64,000 nucleotides of DNA from an uncultured Verrucomicrobiae bacterium (GTDB lineage Bacteria; Verrucomicrobiota; Verrucomicrobiia; Limisphaerales; JAFGQR01): positions 1 through 64,000 of the forward strand of contig CAWBHS010000064.1 of assembly GCA_963788655.1 (NCBI GenBank), in the 5' to 3' direction. Shown here piece by piece: positions 11,301 to 22,700 of the stretch. The notes under the pieces were generated by a model, which worked only from the letters and a program-made list of their open reading frames with translations, made no database searches and had not been told where the DNA came from. A program made the position numbers and the translations under genes. The number at the start of each line of letters is the position of its first letter. The first letter of the stretch is position 1.

Positions 11301-14300
11301 GATTGCTCGCGCGACAGCCCAAATTCAAACCGGGCCAAACCGAGTTGGTTGGTGCCGTCCCGCAGTTGCAAGGTAGCGACAATGTTGCCGCCGCTGACGC
11401 CAATGTTGGAGAACGTGAACAGCCGGCTTGTCACTGGGGCATCGGGTTCGAGCGCGCCATAGACCTGGCTGGACACCGCCCCCGGCAGCACGCCGTTGGT
11501 GGCCAACAGCGTGGCGGTGAAGTTTGCGCTGGTCGGCACGGCACCGATGTTGCGCAAGGCCAGATACGCGGTCACCGTTTCGCCCGGAGCAATCGAGTTG
11601 TCCGCATCGCCCGACAGCGCCGCACCGGCGGCAATGATGGTCGGGGTTGAAGAAATGACAGTGGTGACCAGGTGGGTGGTGTTGTTTGCCAACAACGGAT
11701 CGTGAACTTCCGAACCCACGGCCAGGCCGTTGGTAATCAGACCGGCCTGAGTGGGCGTTACTTCGATCACAATCTCCGTGTTCGTGAAGGCCGGCAAATC
11801 GCCCAGGGCACAATAGACCTGGCCAGCCTGGTTCGTGGCAAAGGCCAACGCATTGCTTACCGAACGCAGCGCCACTGAAGCCGGCAATGTATTGGTCAGC
11901 AGCACGGTGGTGGCGGCATTCGGCCCGCGGTTCGTCACCGTTACCCGGTAGGTCAGGTTGCTGCCCACCCGCACCGGATCCGGCTCACTCACGCCGGAGA
12001 CGGCCAAGTCCGCCGAGTGTTTGACGATGGTGCTGATGGTGGCCGTGTTGTCACTCAGGTTCAAATCGGACAGCATGGACGCCACCGTGGCAGTGCTCAC
12101 CAACGTTCCCGCAGACTGCGGTTCGACGACGACGGTGAACGTCAGGCCGGTTTGGTTGGTGATGAAACCCAGATCAAACACCAGCACGTTGCCGTCTTGT
12201 TCCGGCGGATTGGGAGCGTTGGTCGTTGACAGGAACTGCGCATTGGCCATCAGCGTATTGCTCAACGTAACGCCTTCGGCCACCGCGGTGCCACGATTCT
12301 CCACCGTCACGGTATAACTCAACGGGCTGCCCACATACGCCGTCTCAGTCAAAGCCGTCAGGGTGACGTGCAAGTCAGGCCCAGCGTTGACCGGCACCAC
12401 CGTGCTGAGGTGGAGGCTCCAACCGGAGATGTCCCCGGCGTCCAATCGCTGGTCGTCCATGACGTAGAGTTGCCAATCGCCATTAGGATTGATGCCGTTA
12501 TACACGGCCAGGGATGTGCCATACGAACCGGTGGGCGCCGGGGGCGTAAAGTAATCTCCCGGTTCGTAGTCCGTGGGCCGGTAGGTGTGCCCCGTGATCG
12601 CCGTGGTGTCGGGCAACGGTTCGCCAGCGTTCTGATCAAACGTGAAACTCCACTTGTTCAACGCATTATTGCCACCGGCATCGGACATCAAGATCACGGC
12701 CTGCCCGTCCGGCCCCACCAACAGAATATCCATGTCCCGCGGAAAGCTGTGGCTCACCTTGTTCAGGCTGACTGTGACCTGCGTCAGCACACCGGGAACA
12801 TTGGTCACGGTGATCACCGAGGGGTACGGCGTCGCCGAGGTGGCGTCGTTGACGGTGATCGTTTCGGGATTGGCGAACTCCTGATCGGTCACGCCCAGGG
12901 TAAAATGGAACTCCACTGTGCCCAGCTTGTGGCCGCCTTCGGACAGTTGCAACACCGCCCCGACGGAACCGCCGGAAGCGCCCATTGCCGTGAAGGTGAA
13001 TTCCTGCGGCGACTCCGGGCCATCGGCGACCAACACGCCATAGTTCTGCGGGCTGCTGGGAATGGAAACCCCGTTGGTTTCCAGCAATTCCGCGAGCACG
13101 TCGCCAGTGTTCGCGGTACCGATATTCTGCAGGTAAAGCCAGACGGTGACTTGTTCGCCGGGGTCAATGCCGCCGTTGCCGTTGTCATCGCTCATCAGTT
13201 CCGCCCGCGTCGCCACGATGTTGGCAACCGGTTGCACCACCTCGGTCGTCGCGATGAAGGTGTTGTCGGCCAGGTTTAAATCCCCGTTGTTGCCGCCGAC
13301 ACTGAACACATTGGTCACTGTGCCGGGGAGGCTGTTCGTCACCACGATGGTCGAGGTGGCGCTGGCGCGGGGACCGATGAGGCCGTAGTTAATGCGCAAC
13401 ACCCGGTTCAACAGCGAATAAGTGCCTTGCGAATTCGTCACAGCCACCACGTTCATGTTGGCGGGCAGGGCGTTGGTCAGCACCACGCCGCGGGCCTCGA
13501 GGGGACTGCGGTTGGTGACGGTGACGGTGTAGGTCAGGTTGTCGTTAGCCAAGACCGGATCAGGCTCAGCGGTAACGCTCACCGCCAGATCCGGGGCGCA
13601 CGGACCATGGCCTTCGTTACACTGGATGGGATACAGGGTGAGCGTCCAGCATTCCAATACGCCAACATCGAATTGGCCGGCGTCCACCACGTGCAGTTTC
13701 CAAAGCCCATTGACGGCGGCGCCGGTCTTGCCTTTGAACACCGCCAGTGGTTCTTCGGGACGATACGAGCCGAGGTACGGAGCTAGTCCCTGGTCAATCC
13801 CAACGCGAGCGCGGTCATCGAACGTGGTGCGGCTCGAGTTTGGCGAACAACCCAGTCCGAAGCCGGCACTGTAGCCGCCCCGATTGCGGACCAGAGCGAT
13901 CTCCGTCCCGTCCGGACCAATCAGGCTCACGGTCAGATCAGCGGTGTAGGTGTGCGGCAAGTGCATGGAAACGGTGACCTTGCCAACCGGATCGGCAAAG
14001 CCGAACACTTGCACGGAGGAATTCACTCCACTGGGTTTGTTATCGGGAATCGGCACCGGAGAATTGTTCGCATAACTATTGGCGTTCAGGCTTACAAACC
14101 CGGTGTTCACCACAAACTCATTGGTCCGCACTTCGAGCGAAGACGAAATCACCAGCTTGAACCAGATCGGGGCGCCACAGGGAAATTCCGGCGCGGTATA
14201 GACGCGGAAAGGCGTCAAGTTGACGCCCACCTCGGCTCCTCCCAAGGGAGGATAGGCCGACGTGCCGTCCACCACGGTCACGTAGGTGTTGGTGGTGGAC

Positions 14301-16639
14301 AAGGTGGCCACGATGTTGCCGGCCACCGAGGTCGTACCGTTGCGCAAAACGAGGTTCAACTCCGCGCATTCGTTGTAATCCAGCGTGTTGTTGCCGTTGC
14401 CGGTCAGGATATCGTTGACGACCGTGCTCACGTAACTCAGGCCGGGCATGTCAAACGCTTCCACCACGCCGATGCACGTCGTGCTGTCCGGCGACGTGGC
14501 GCTGCCGCCCATGCCACGTTTGGCAAAGGCCCGCCAAATCTCCATCTGGTTTTCGCCACCGGTGTCCACCAAGTCGGCCTGCAGAATCGCGTCGCGCAGT
14601 TGGAGGAAATTGGGATTGGCCGGCGACAGACGTTCCCCATCGTAAACCAATTGCAGGGCCAGGACGTTGCCATTGGTCCAGCCGTGTTTGGCCACCAAGT
14701 TCACGCGCATTTCCCACAAGGTCATGCACCACACTTCTCCGGCATTGTGGACTTCATCAGCCGGGCCACCAATGATCGGGCTAAGCGGAATCCCCGTGTG
14801 CGGGCTGGCCTGCAACGGATCGATATCCTTGTAGGTTAGCGGATTCTTGAGCAGGTTCGTGGAATAGGGATAGCGCCGGATGCCGAAGTAATAATTCTCC
14901 CGGAAAGGAGGTACAATATCATAAGTAACGTATCCTCCGTTCGGATAAACGCCGCCCAAATCGTCCGATGGTTCGCTCAGGGTCGTCATCGCGAAGAAGT
15001 CGGAATTGCCTTCGTGAATGGCGCCGGACTGGCCGAAATAATTCACGCCCACGCCGCCGCCGAGCGTCCGTTCGGTAATCCCGTGGGTGTGTTCGTGCAA
15101 AATCACATCGGATGTAAGCGCGCAATCCCGCCGAGGGGTGGGTCCGTCAAAGACATACATCCGCATCAAGGGAGCCGTGCCGTCCGGCGGGGTGGACATG
15201 GTGGCATTGTTGGCAAAGCCAAACAGTTCCCCCCACAGTGCCATGGCGTTGACCGGATCCTGGTCCAGGCCGCCACGGCCGAAGTTGTCCAATTGAAAAT
15301 TTCCGGCCGCTTCGGTGAAGCCCAGCCGGTATATGAAATCGTGGTACCGGTTGTTGATGTAGAACAACTGCACTACCGAGGAATCGGTGTAATTCGTCGG
15401 ATCCCCGGTAAGGTCCTGCGGAAAATCAAACACGCGAAACGGAACGCCTTGAGGCCGCGGCCCGTCGGGTTGCAAATTGCCATCACGATCGAGGAAGGCA
15501 TCCACATTGTTGCCCATGGTGGTGTTGTCGCCGTCATTGATCCAACCGTTGGGCGAGGCGTTCGTGTTCAGCGCGTCAATCACCAGCAACTGCCGCGGGG
15601 TCAGCGGCGGCTGGTTGATATTGGGGGTGAACCAACCGGGCGTGAACGGTGAGGGATCGTCACTGGTGTACACCCGGTAGGTGGCGTTGGTAAGATAGCG
15701 GGTCAGCCCCCGGCGCACGAGCATGTCGCCGTTCACCGCATCGACCAGCAGGAGGAACATTTCATGGCGGCTGCCGCTGTTGAGGATGATTTGCCAGCAC
15801 AATTTCAGGTTGGCCCGGCTCATCGGCAGCCAGACCAGTTGCGCCTGCACGGTACCCTCGAGGGCGGGCGCGGCGTTGAATTGCTGGTGCTGGGCCGCAC
15901 CTTGCGGTTGGCCAACGGCACTCACCTGCGCTGCGGTCAACGTATCGTCGCCGACGTTGCGGGCGGCCGCCACAATCGCTTGCGCAGCGGTGATCGGCGG
16001 TGCGGTCTGTACGGCGGCACGGTTCGCCACGCCGGCATCCGCGGCTGCGGCAGCGTTCGGAACAAAATGAGTGGCCAAGTTCACCAGTTCACCCTGTTTG
16101 GTAATGTTGCCGATGATGACCGCCTGGTACACCGGAATGCCGTCCAATTGCTGCTGCCAGACCGTCGTGCGCAGTCCGTTGTGCGGAGTCACATAGTCAC
16201 GTTGCACGGTCGCGCTGGCCAGAATGTCCGCGCCATAGCCGTACCATTCGGCGTGTTCGTTTAAGAAAGCTTTAACCGACCGGTGCGGATCGCTGGCCGG
16301 AATGGCCTGGGCGTAAGCCGGATCGATACCCAATCCTTCAGCCTGAGGACCACTCAGGAAGGTGAAGCGCGAGGAGACAAATCCGGGCGTGCCCAGGATC
16401 GGGTCGGTTTGCGCGTCCAAGCCCGGAACCCGTTCGGTTAAGGCGTTCACCTTTTGGCCCTGGCCCGCCGGTGCGGCTTCGATCGGCACCGGCACCGCCA
16501 ACCGCCGATCAAAATCCTGAAGCTGAGGGCGCGCAGGCGCTCGAAAGGCCCGGGCGACATTGGTTAATCCCGCGGCCAACACCAAACTGGCCGCGAGCAT
16601 AAAGAGGTTCCGTTTCGCGCTCATATTCAAATTACACAT
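8369..16639 (-). CDS. Giant secreted M36 (fungalysin-family) metalloprotease with P-domains, DUF11 repeats, Ig-like and jelly-roll modules and FYRL tail (2756 aa)
   Basis: Signal peptide; FTP/PepSY-like propeptide; HEHTH plus EGNSD zinc motif; GIRRYPYS and EVHNAGEVW. Three proprotein-convertase P-like domains (H[TS][YF]..D....L..P.G...NG.W.L.V.D), DLAV...V.N.G DUF11 units, three W[KR]Y modules, C-terminus ...QYFYRLSQPLNR. Confidence 0.9.
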   Translation of the reverse strand: MCNLNMSAKRNLFMLAASLVLAAGLTNVARAFRAPARPQLQDFDRRLAVPVPIEAAPAGQGQKVNALTERVPGLDAQTDPILGTPGFVSSRFTFLSGPQAEGLGIDPAYAQAIPASDPHRSVKAFLNEHAEWYGYGADILASATVQRDYVTPHNGLRTTVWQQQLDGIPVYQAVIIGNITKQGELVNLATHFVPNAAAAADAGVANRAAVQTAPPITAAQAIVAAARNVGDDTLTAAQVSAVGQPQGAAQHQQFNAAPALEGTVQAQLVWLPMSRANLKLCWQIILNSGSRHEMFLLLVDAVNGDMLVRRGLTRYLTNATYRVYTSDDPSPFTPGWFTPNINQPPLTPRQLLVIDALNTNASPNGWINDGDNTTMGNNVDAFLDRDGNLQPDGPRPQGVPFRVFDFPQDLTGDPTNYTDSSVVQLFYINNRYHDFIYRLGFTEAAGNFQLDNFGRGGLDQDPVNAMALWGELFGFANNATMSTPPDGTAPLMRMYVFDGPTPRRDCALTSDVILHEHTHGITERTLGGGVGVNYFGQSGAIHEGNSDFFAMTTLSEPSDDLGGVYPNGGYVTYDIVPPFRENYYFGIRRYPYSTNLLKNPLTYKDIDPLQASPHTGIPLSPIIGGPADEVHNAGEVWCMTLWEMRVNLVAKHGWTNGNVLALQLVYDGERLSPANPNFLQLRDAILQADLVDTGGENQMEIWRAFAKRGMGGSATSPDSTTCIGVVEAFDMPGLSYVSTVVNDILTGNGNNTLDYNECAELNLVLRNGTTSVAGNIVATLSTTNTYVTVVDGTSAYPPLGGAEVGVNLTPFRVYTAPEFPCGAPIWFKLVISSSLEVRTNEFVVNTGFVSLNANSYANNSPVPIPDNKPSGVNSSVQVFGFADPVGKVTVSMHLPHTYTADLTVSLIGPDGTEIALVRNRGGYSAGFGLGCSPNSSRTTFDDRARVGIDQGLAPYLGSYRPEEPLAVFKGKTGAAVNGLWKLHVVDAGQFDVGVLECWTLTLYPIQCNEGHGPCAPDLAVSVTAEPDPVLANDNLTYTVTVTNRSPLEARGVVLTNALPANMNVVAVTNSQGTYSLLNRVLRINYGLIGPRASATSTIVVTNSLPGTVTNVFSVGGNNGDLNLADNTFIATTEVVQPVANIVATRAELMSDDNGNGGIDPGEQVTVWLYLQNIGTANTGDVLAELLETNGVSIPSSPQNYGVLVADGPESPQEFTFTAMGASGGSVGAVLQLSEGGHKLGTVEFHFTLGVTDQEFANPETITVNDATSATPYPSVITVTNVPGVLTQVTVSLNKVSHSFPRDMDILLVGPDGQAVILMSDAGGNNALNKWSFTFDQNAGEPLPDTTAITGHTYRPTDYEPGDYFTPPAPTGSYGTSLAVYNGINPNGDWQLYVMDDQRLDAGDISGWSLHLSTVVPVNAGPDLHVTLTALTETAYVGSPLSYTVTVENRGTAVAEGVTLSNTLMANAQFLSTTNAPNPPEQDGNVLVFDLGFITNQTGLTFTVVVEPQSAGTLVSTATVASMLSDLNLSDNTATISTIVKHSADLAVSGVSEPDPVRVGSNLTYRVTVTNRGPNAATTVLLTNTLPASVALRSVSNALAFATNQAGQVYCALGDLPAFTNTEIVIEVTPTQAGLITNGLAVGSEVHDPLLANNTTHLVTTVISSTPTIIAAGAALSGDADNSIAPGETVTAYLALRNIGAVPTSANFTATLLATNGVLPGAVSSQVYGALEPDAPVTSRLFTFSNIGVSGGNIVATLQLRDGTNQLGLARFEFGLSREQSFTNKTRILIAPFGPASPYPSIIAVAGVTNPISKVTATLNGLAHTYPEDIDVLLVAPLGQKSLLMSDTGGGIAVTNVTLKFDGQSANGLTSTGPLVSGTFRPTDFAPGETFPAPATNGPYGVNLSAFTGINANGNWLLYVYDDSSGDQGSIEQGWSLSILSATPVPGSADLVIQSTASSNQVAAETMLSINVGITNYGPSKATALTLTEQLPAGATLVESNSNLGTPTLNGQVLTVQLGDLSAGAGTNVSFNVVLSVPGTAAFTAAVAASENDPNSANNNSTLNVTVMPPTSGPIVALGSDWKYLDHGINPGANWQMPDFNDSDWAAGPALLGYGRDDVATVVDGGSPTFRYITTYFRRSFAVENAGVYSNLTLRVLRDDGARVYLNGVEVFRSNLPTGTVGNTTRALSDVTGLAEQLYYATPVSPLLLSNGVNVLAVEVHQSSPTSFDLAFALELLGNATVSNTSPTVTVTSPADNAVLASDSLQLAATATDSDGLVTLVEYFAGPRKLGQSDTPPYSVLLSNVDAGTYAITARATDNSAQTRDSTPVTVTLVEPPVTLLPEGAVWRYLDNGLDQGTNWTILNFDDSVWSFGQAELGFGNHPVTVLNPGPATNRFTTYYFRKRFNVAPTAQYDFLRFELKRDDGAVVYLNGHEVFRNNMPTGQVLFSTLALTNVNPDQVDVFQTAYASATLLMPGTNIVSVEVHQASQASTNLAFDLRMAAFASPVPVVSGPLVSIGSTWKYEAHGTNAGTNWQIPGFDDQLWNSGPAILGYGRGDESTFLPMGPFTNHYITTYLRHSFDVPYAGLYQDLTLRMLRDDGAVVYLNGEEVFRSNMPEGTVDETTPALTEVAGVNEYYYFPAPVSPTNLLNGVNVLAVELHQSSATNSDAGFDLELLGNTALSPLPSLQADLVGDQLMVSWPAQFDGYVLEYSLRLGSLASWLPVGEPVTELRGWNVVTIGVQPGTQYFYRLSQPLNR

Positions 16640-16762
16640 TCCGAGAAAAAACTTCGTTCCCCGATTCGGAAGCCCTAATCGCTCCCGACCGGCGATCTTG
16701 CCGACGCATCCTTGCGCGTGCTGTGGACGTGATCAGTCCCGCCGGCAGCACGCCGGTTTAAT

Positions 16763-19700
16763 TCAAGGCACCATTTCCAACCGGTAATAGGCATGGACGC
16801 CGCTGCTGACCGGAAGCCGCACAACATTCCAACCGTCTTCCACCACCGATGGCGTCGCAACCGGCGATCCAGTTCACCGGGATTTCAGACGTAGGGGTGG
16901 TTTCCAGGACAAAGTTCATTCCTCCATCGAGCCAGCGAATCTCCAACGAGCCTTGATTGATCGAGAACCGCAAAGCCGGGACAAAGACTGTCGTTGTGAC
17001 TTGTGCCGCATTGTTGGCCGTAACCGGATCGAAGGAATCGTTCGTGACACTGGCCGTGTTGGTGAGGGTCAGGGAGTCTCTTATCGACGACGCCACCTCT
17101 GCCGTGACCTTGAGGACGGCGTAACCATTCACGGCCAGGTTGGTGATCAGACCGCTCACCCGGCCGGAGGAAACCTTCAGTGGCTCGGCGCTGGTGCTGC
17201 TGGTGTCCAGGCTGGCTGACTGCACATTGACGCCGGCCAATTGCGGTGACAGCGCGTCGAGAAAGAACACGTTGCTGGCCGGGTTTGGACCATGATTGGT
17301 CAGCATCATCGAATACGTCACGGTGCCGCCCGGCATGACCACTTCCGGCGCCCCGGTCAGGACCACGGACAAATCGGCCGCCAGAGCAACGGTGGTTTTG
17401 AGATGGCTCGTATTGTTCCCCAAATTCAGATCGGGCGTGTCGGCGGCCACAGTGGCGGTGAAATCCAGGGTTCCCGGCGACGCCGGCGCGGTCACCACCA
17501 ACGTCACGGTAGCCCGGCCGCCCACCGCCAGACTGCCCAGGCTCGCAATGACGTTGCGGCCGGACACCGTCAAGCTGCCCACGCTGGTATTGCTGGACTG
17601 CAAAGTCGCCCCCACGGGCAACAGGTTGGTCACCCCCACGTTCTGCGCCGTAGCCGGCCCGTGGTTGGTGACGTCCACGGTGTACGTCACCGGAGCGCCG
17701 AGGGAGGCGGTAGTCGGCGACGCGGTAACCTTCACCGACACGTCGGCCACCGGCGCGAAAGTTCCGCCGCCGTTAATCGAGATGGACCAACCGCCGGCAA
17801 TGACACCGCTATCGAGGCCGTTGTCATCAACCACATACAAGGACCAATTACCGTTGGGGTTCACGCCAACGAAATCCGTCAGTGTCGTGCCGTTGGCGAA
17901 GCCAGGACCCGGCGGCGGGAAGTAATCCGCCGGCACTTCAAAATTCGTGGGCCGATAGGTGCCAGAGGTTATCACCCCATTCTGCGGCAAGGTGTTGGTC
18001 GAGGTGTTGTCAAAGGTGAGCGTCACGTTGTCAATGGAGCCTTCCCCAGCATCGGACATGAGGATGACACTGCGCAGAATGGCGTTAGGATTGTTGGGAT
18101 CTTGCAACGCCAAAGCCATGTCAATGTCCTTGGGAAACGTATGGCGCATATTGCGAACCGTGACCGTAAGGTTGCTCACCAATCCGGCCACGTTGGAAAC
18201 GGTGATGAAGGACGGGTACGGCGAGGCCGGCGCGTTATCATTGATCGTGATCACGTCGGCGTTTTCATACGTGAGCGAGACCCGGCCGAGCGTGAACGGC
18301 ACGCGAATGATCGCGTTAATTAGATCGCCTTCCCGCAGCACCAAGACCGCCGTGAGCGTGCTGCCGATGGTGCCTTGCGCCGTGAAGGCAAAGTCGCGCG
18401 CCACGGCGTCGCCGCCCGCCGTCAACACGCCGTAATCGTTGGTGACCCCGGTGGTACTGCCGCCAAACACGACTCCGTTGGTCGCCAGCAGGGTGGCCTG
18501 GAGATTGATGGTATCGTTGGTGCCGCGATTGCGGAAGGCAAACGACACGGTCACCGCTTCGCCCGGATCAATGAAATTATTGGGCTGCGTTTCGCTCACC
18601 AGTGCCGCCCCGGCAAACTCAATGATGCCAATGTCCGCATCCCGGATGGAAACGGTCGCCTCAGCGGGGCTGCCAATAAGCACGCCGCCCTGCGGATTGG
18701 AGAGCTTGAGATTGAAGGTTTCCATGCCTTCGACCTGACCGTCCAGGTTGATCGGAATCACGAGGCTCTTCTGAGACTCGCCGTTGCCGAAAGCGACCAC
18801 GCCGGTGGCATTGGTGTAATCCACGCCCGCCGTGGCGTTGCCGCCACTGGCGGTGTACTGCACGGAAACGGCGCGATTGGTGCCGCCGGTGCGCAGCAGC
18901 GGAACGACCAGGTTGTTGCCTTCATCCACGGTGTAACTGGCGGAGGACAAGGCGATGATGCCGGCGTCGTCCACAATGTCGAGCGTGGCAAATCCGGCCG
19001 TTGGTTCAATGAAGGCGCCCACCGGGAAGGCGAGTTGGAGGTAGAGCGTCTTGACCCCTTCCACAATGGCGTTGGTGAGGATCGGCACCAGCACGGTCTT
19101 GTTCGTGAGATCCCCGTTGGCCCAGGTCACCACATTGGAGACGTTGACGTAGTCCTGGCCAGCCAGGGCGGTACCGTTGATGGTGTTGAAGACGACGGAC
19201 ACAACGCCGTCGGAGAGACCATTGCGCACCAGCGTGATCATGGCGTTGGTGCCCTTCTCGCTGACGACATAGTTGGTTTGCGCAAAGCCGACGCTCTTCT
19301 CGTCGTCCAAGATCAAAATGATGGCGGTTCCCTGGCCGCTAATCACGCCGTTGGTGGACGGATCGAGCAACGCCAAGTTGACCGTCTGGTTCCCCTCGAC
19401 GTTGAACTCGTCCAGAATCTGAACGCCAAAGGTGTTGGTAGTCTGGCCCGGCAGGTAATCCAAGACGCCATTGGCGGGCAGGTATTTCAGGAAAGCGGTG
19501 GCGGTGCCATCGCTGGTCGCGAAATTGACGGACGCCGGAAAGTTCGTGGCGCCAAACCGGTTCACCTGGATGATCAGGTTGGTGTAGGACTCGACCACCG
19601 TGTACACCGCCGAACTGAAGCTGAAGGCCGCGTCGTCATCGACAATCTTCAGCGGCACGGTGATGCGCGGGCCGAGGATCACCAAGTCGGTGGCGTTCGA

Positions 19701-22700
19701 GGACAAATTCAGCGGACTGGACAACGTTAAGTTCACCAATTCATCAATCTCCGGCAGTGAGTCGGCGATAACCGCGACGGTGAAGCTTTGATTCGTTTCG
19801 CCCGGCGCAAAGGTCAGCGTACCGTTGGTGGAGACGTAATCCAGATATTCGGGGGGTGTGCCGGCCTGCGCGGAGCCGTCAGTCGTCTCGAAATGCACCG
19901 ACACCGGGATGTTGGTGTTACCAAAACGCCGCACGTTGATGACGGCTTCCCCGCCACTTTCGACCACGGAGAATTCCGCGTCGGCGAAGGTCAGGCCCAC
20001 TTCGTCATCCACAATCTCGAGCAGGGCCGAACCCGGCGTGCCAATGATCGCCCCGCCGGTGGGTTGGGAGAGCAGCAGGCCAACCGTTTCAATGTTCTGA
20101 ACGTTGGTGTCGTTAATCAGCGGTACCGTAAACGTCTTGAACGTTTCCCCGTTCGTAAAGCTCAGCACGTTGGACACGCTGAGGTAGCGCAATCCCGGCG
20201 CGGCGGTGCCGCCGCTGGTTTGGTAGGTCACGAGGACGTTGCTGAGACTGCCGCCTACCCGTTCGACGCCAATGACCGCCGCCCCCGCATTCTCACTGGT
20301 GCGGAAGACCGCCGAGGCGAAGCGGAAGGTGCCGTTGCTGTCGTCGTCCAGAATGGTCACCATCCCAAGGTTCTGCCCCACGGTGGCACCGCCCGTGGGA
20401 TTGGACAATTGGATGAAGAAGGTCTGGTCGCCTTCGATGGCGGTTTCGTTGATGATCCCGATCGAAAAGGTTTTGTTGGTTTCGCCGTCGGCAAAAGTCA
20501 ACACGCCGGTCGTCCCGACATACTTGACGCCGGAACGGGCCGTGCCGTTGAGGGTGGCAAACCGGGCCGACACCACGCCGGAGGAACCGTTGGTGCGGAT
20601 CACCGAAACGGTCATCAATCCGCCGGGCACATTTTCATTCACATAGAAACTGTTGGTCGCCAGGGTCAAAACGCCAGGCCCGGTTTCGTCATCGATCCGG
20701 GTCAACACCGCGTGGTCCAAACCCAGTGCCGCGGGGCCCGTGACATTCGACAGAACCAGGGAAATAGTCCGGTTCCCTTCCAGGACTCCTTCATCGAGGA
20801 TCGGCACGTCGAAGGTCTGAACGTTCACCAACGGGTTGAACACCAACGTGGCCGCGACCGGGACGTAGTGCAGGAACGGCACGGCGGTGCCGTTGGTGGT
20901 GGTCGCATAGTCCACGGTCACGCGATTGTTGTTGCCGCCGTGGCGCACCACGCTGATGCGCGCGGAGGCATTGCCACCTTCGGCGACGGTGAACGTCGGC
21001 GCGCTGAAGCTGATCACGCTGTCGTTGTCCACGATGTCGGCCACCGCGATGGTTGGCTGGCCCAGCGTGGCGCCGCCGGTTTCACCGTAAAGGATGACGG
21101 CGAAATTCCGCGGAGCATTGGTGACCATATTGTCGATGATGGAAATGGGAATGACCTTGAAACTTTCCGCCGGAGCGAAGTTCAAGACGCCGTTGGTGCC
21201 CACGTAATCCCGCCCAGCCACGGCGGTGTTGTCCAAGGTGGTGAAAGTCACGGAGGCAGCCCCCGCCGTGCCGCCGGAACGCACCACCGTCAGCCACAGA
21301 TTGGTGGCGTCTTCGGTGACCGAGTAATTGGCCGCGCCGAACTGGAAGCTGCCCGCGCCAGTGCCGGCCCCATTGAAGACCCTTGCCAAGGCAATGCGCA
21401 CCTGGCCGTTGAATTCCGTGAAGCCGCCACCCACCACCACGTTGCCGTTGTAATCCTGCCGCAACACGGCATTGATGTAATTGTTGGCGCCGGTGCCAAA
21501 ACCAATGGTCGGATCGAGCGATCCGTCCGGATTCAGCCGCGCCAGGCGATTGCGCAGCAGGCCATTGTAAGTGGTGAAGGCGCCGCCGATGATGAGTTTG
21601 CCATCCGGCTGTACGGCGATCGAACTCACGTAATCGTCCGGCCCACTCTCCTGGGTATAAAGCCCGAAGGTGAAATCCAGCATGCCGGCAGCGTCCAAGC
21701 GGGCGATCCGTGGGATCGGGATGCCGGCAATCGAAGTGAACGACCCGCCGATCACGATCCGGCCGTCAGTCATCACCACGATCGATTCCACGGGACCATT
21801 GGGAGCACCCAATGGAGGGGAAGGAATTGTCCACGCTGCCGTCGGCGTTCAACCGGACGAGGTATGGTCGGCTGACTCCGTTCATCGTGGTGAAGTCGCC
21901 GCCCACGAGCACTTGGCCATTGCTTTGGAGCGCCACGGTTTTTACCGTGCCGTTCGCGCCGGTGCCCGGCGCAAAGGTGGTGTCCACCGTGCCGTTGGCA
22001 TTCATGCGGGCAATGCCGTTGCGGCTGGCGCCATAGACGGTGCTGAACACGCCGCCAATGACCAGTTTGCCATCGGGTTGAAGGGCCATGGTGGTCACCA
22101 TGCCGTTCGGACCCACACCCGGATTATACGTCTGATCCAGCAGGCCATCCTGCGTCAAACGCGCCAGGTACGGACGGGCGAAGGTGTCGAAGTTGGTAAA
22201 GGCGCCGCCAATGATGACTTTGCCGTCCGGCTGTACCGCCACAGCGCGCACCACGCCGCCGGCTCCCGCGCCAAGCTTGAAGGTTTGGTCCAGGGTACCG
22301 TCCAGGTTCAAACGGGCGATATTGTTTAGCGGGCTGACACCCACCAGCGAATTGAAATCACCACCCACGATGATCTTGCCCACCACGGCGGCTTGCGTCC
22401 GGTTGGTGTACGTAGCCAGCGCATAAACGACGTCGTTGAACGTTCCGCTGGGATAAAAGTTTGAATCCACGCCACCGTCGCTGCTCAGGACGGCAATCCG
22501 GCCGCGCGGTTCGCCGTTCATCCGGGTGAATTCGCCGCCCACCACAATCCGGTTGTCCACGAAAACCCCGGTGCCCACGGTCAGGGAATAATCCCAGAAG
22601 GCAAACGGCGCGACCCTGCCTTCGTTGATGACCACGGTCACGAGCGTTGAGAGGCCGGGGCCAAAGTTGACGACCGCCTGACCGGAACCCTGGGTCGTCA

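Noticed and set aside
16738..16760. Terminator between the 5130 aa gene and the M36 gene
   Set aside because: Only a short GC stem (ccggc-gtgct-gccgg on the minus strand) with no U-tract.
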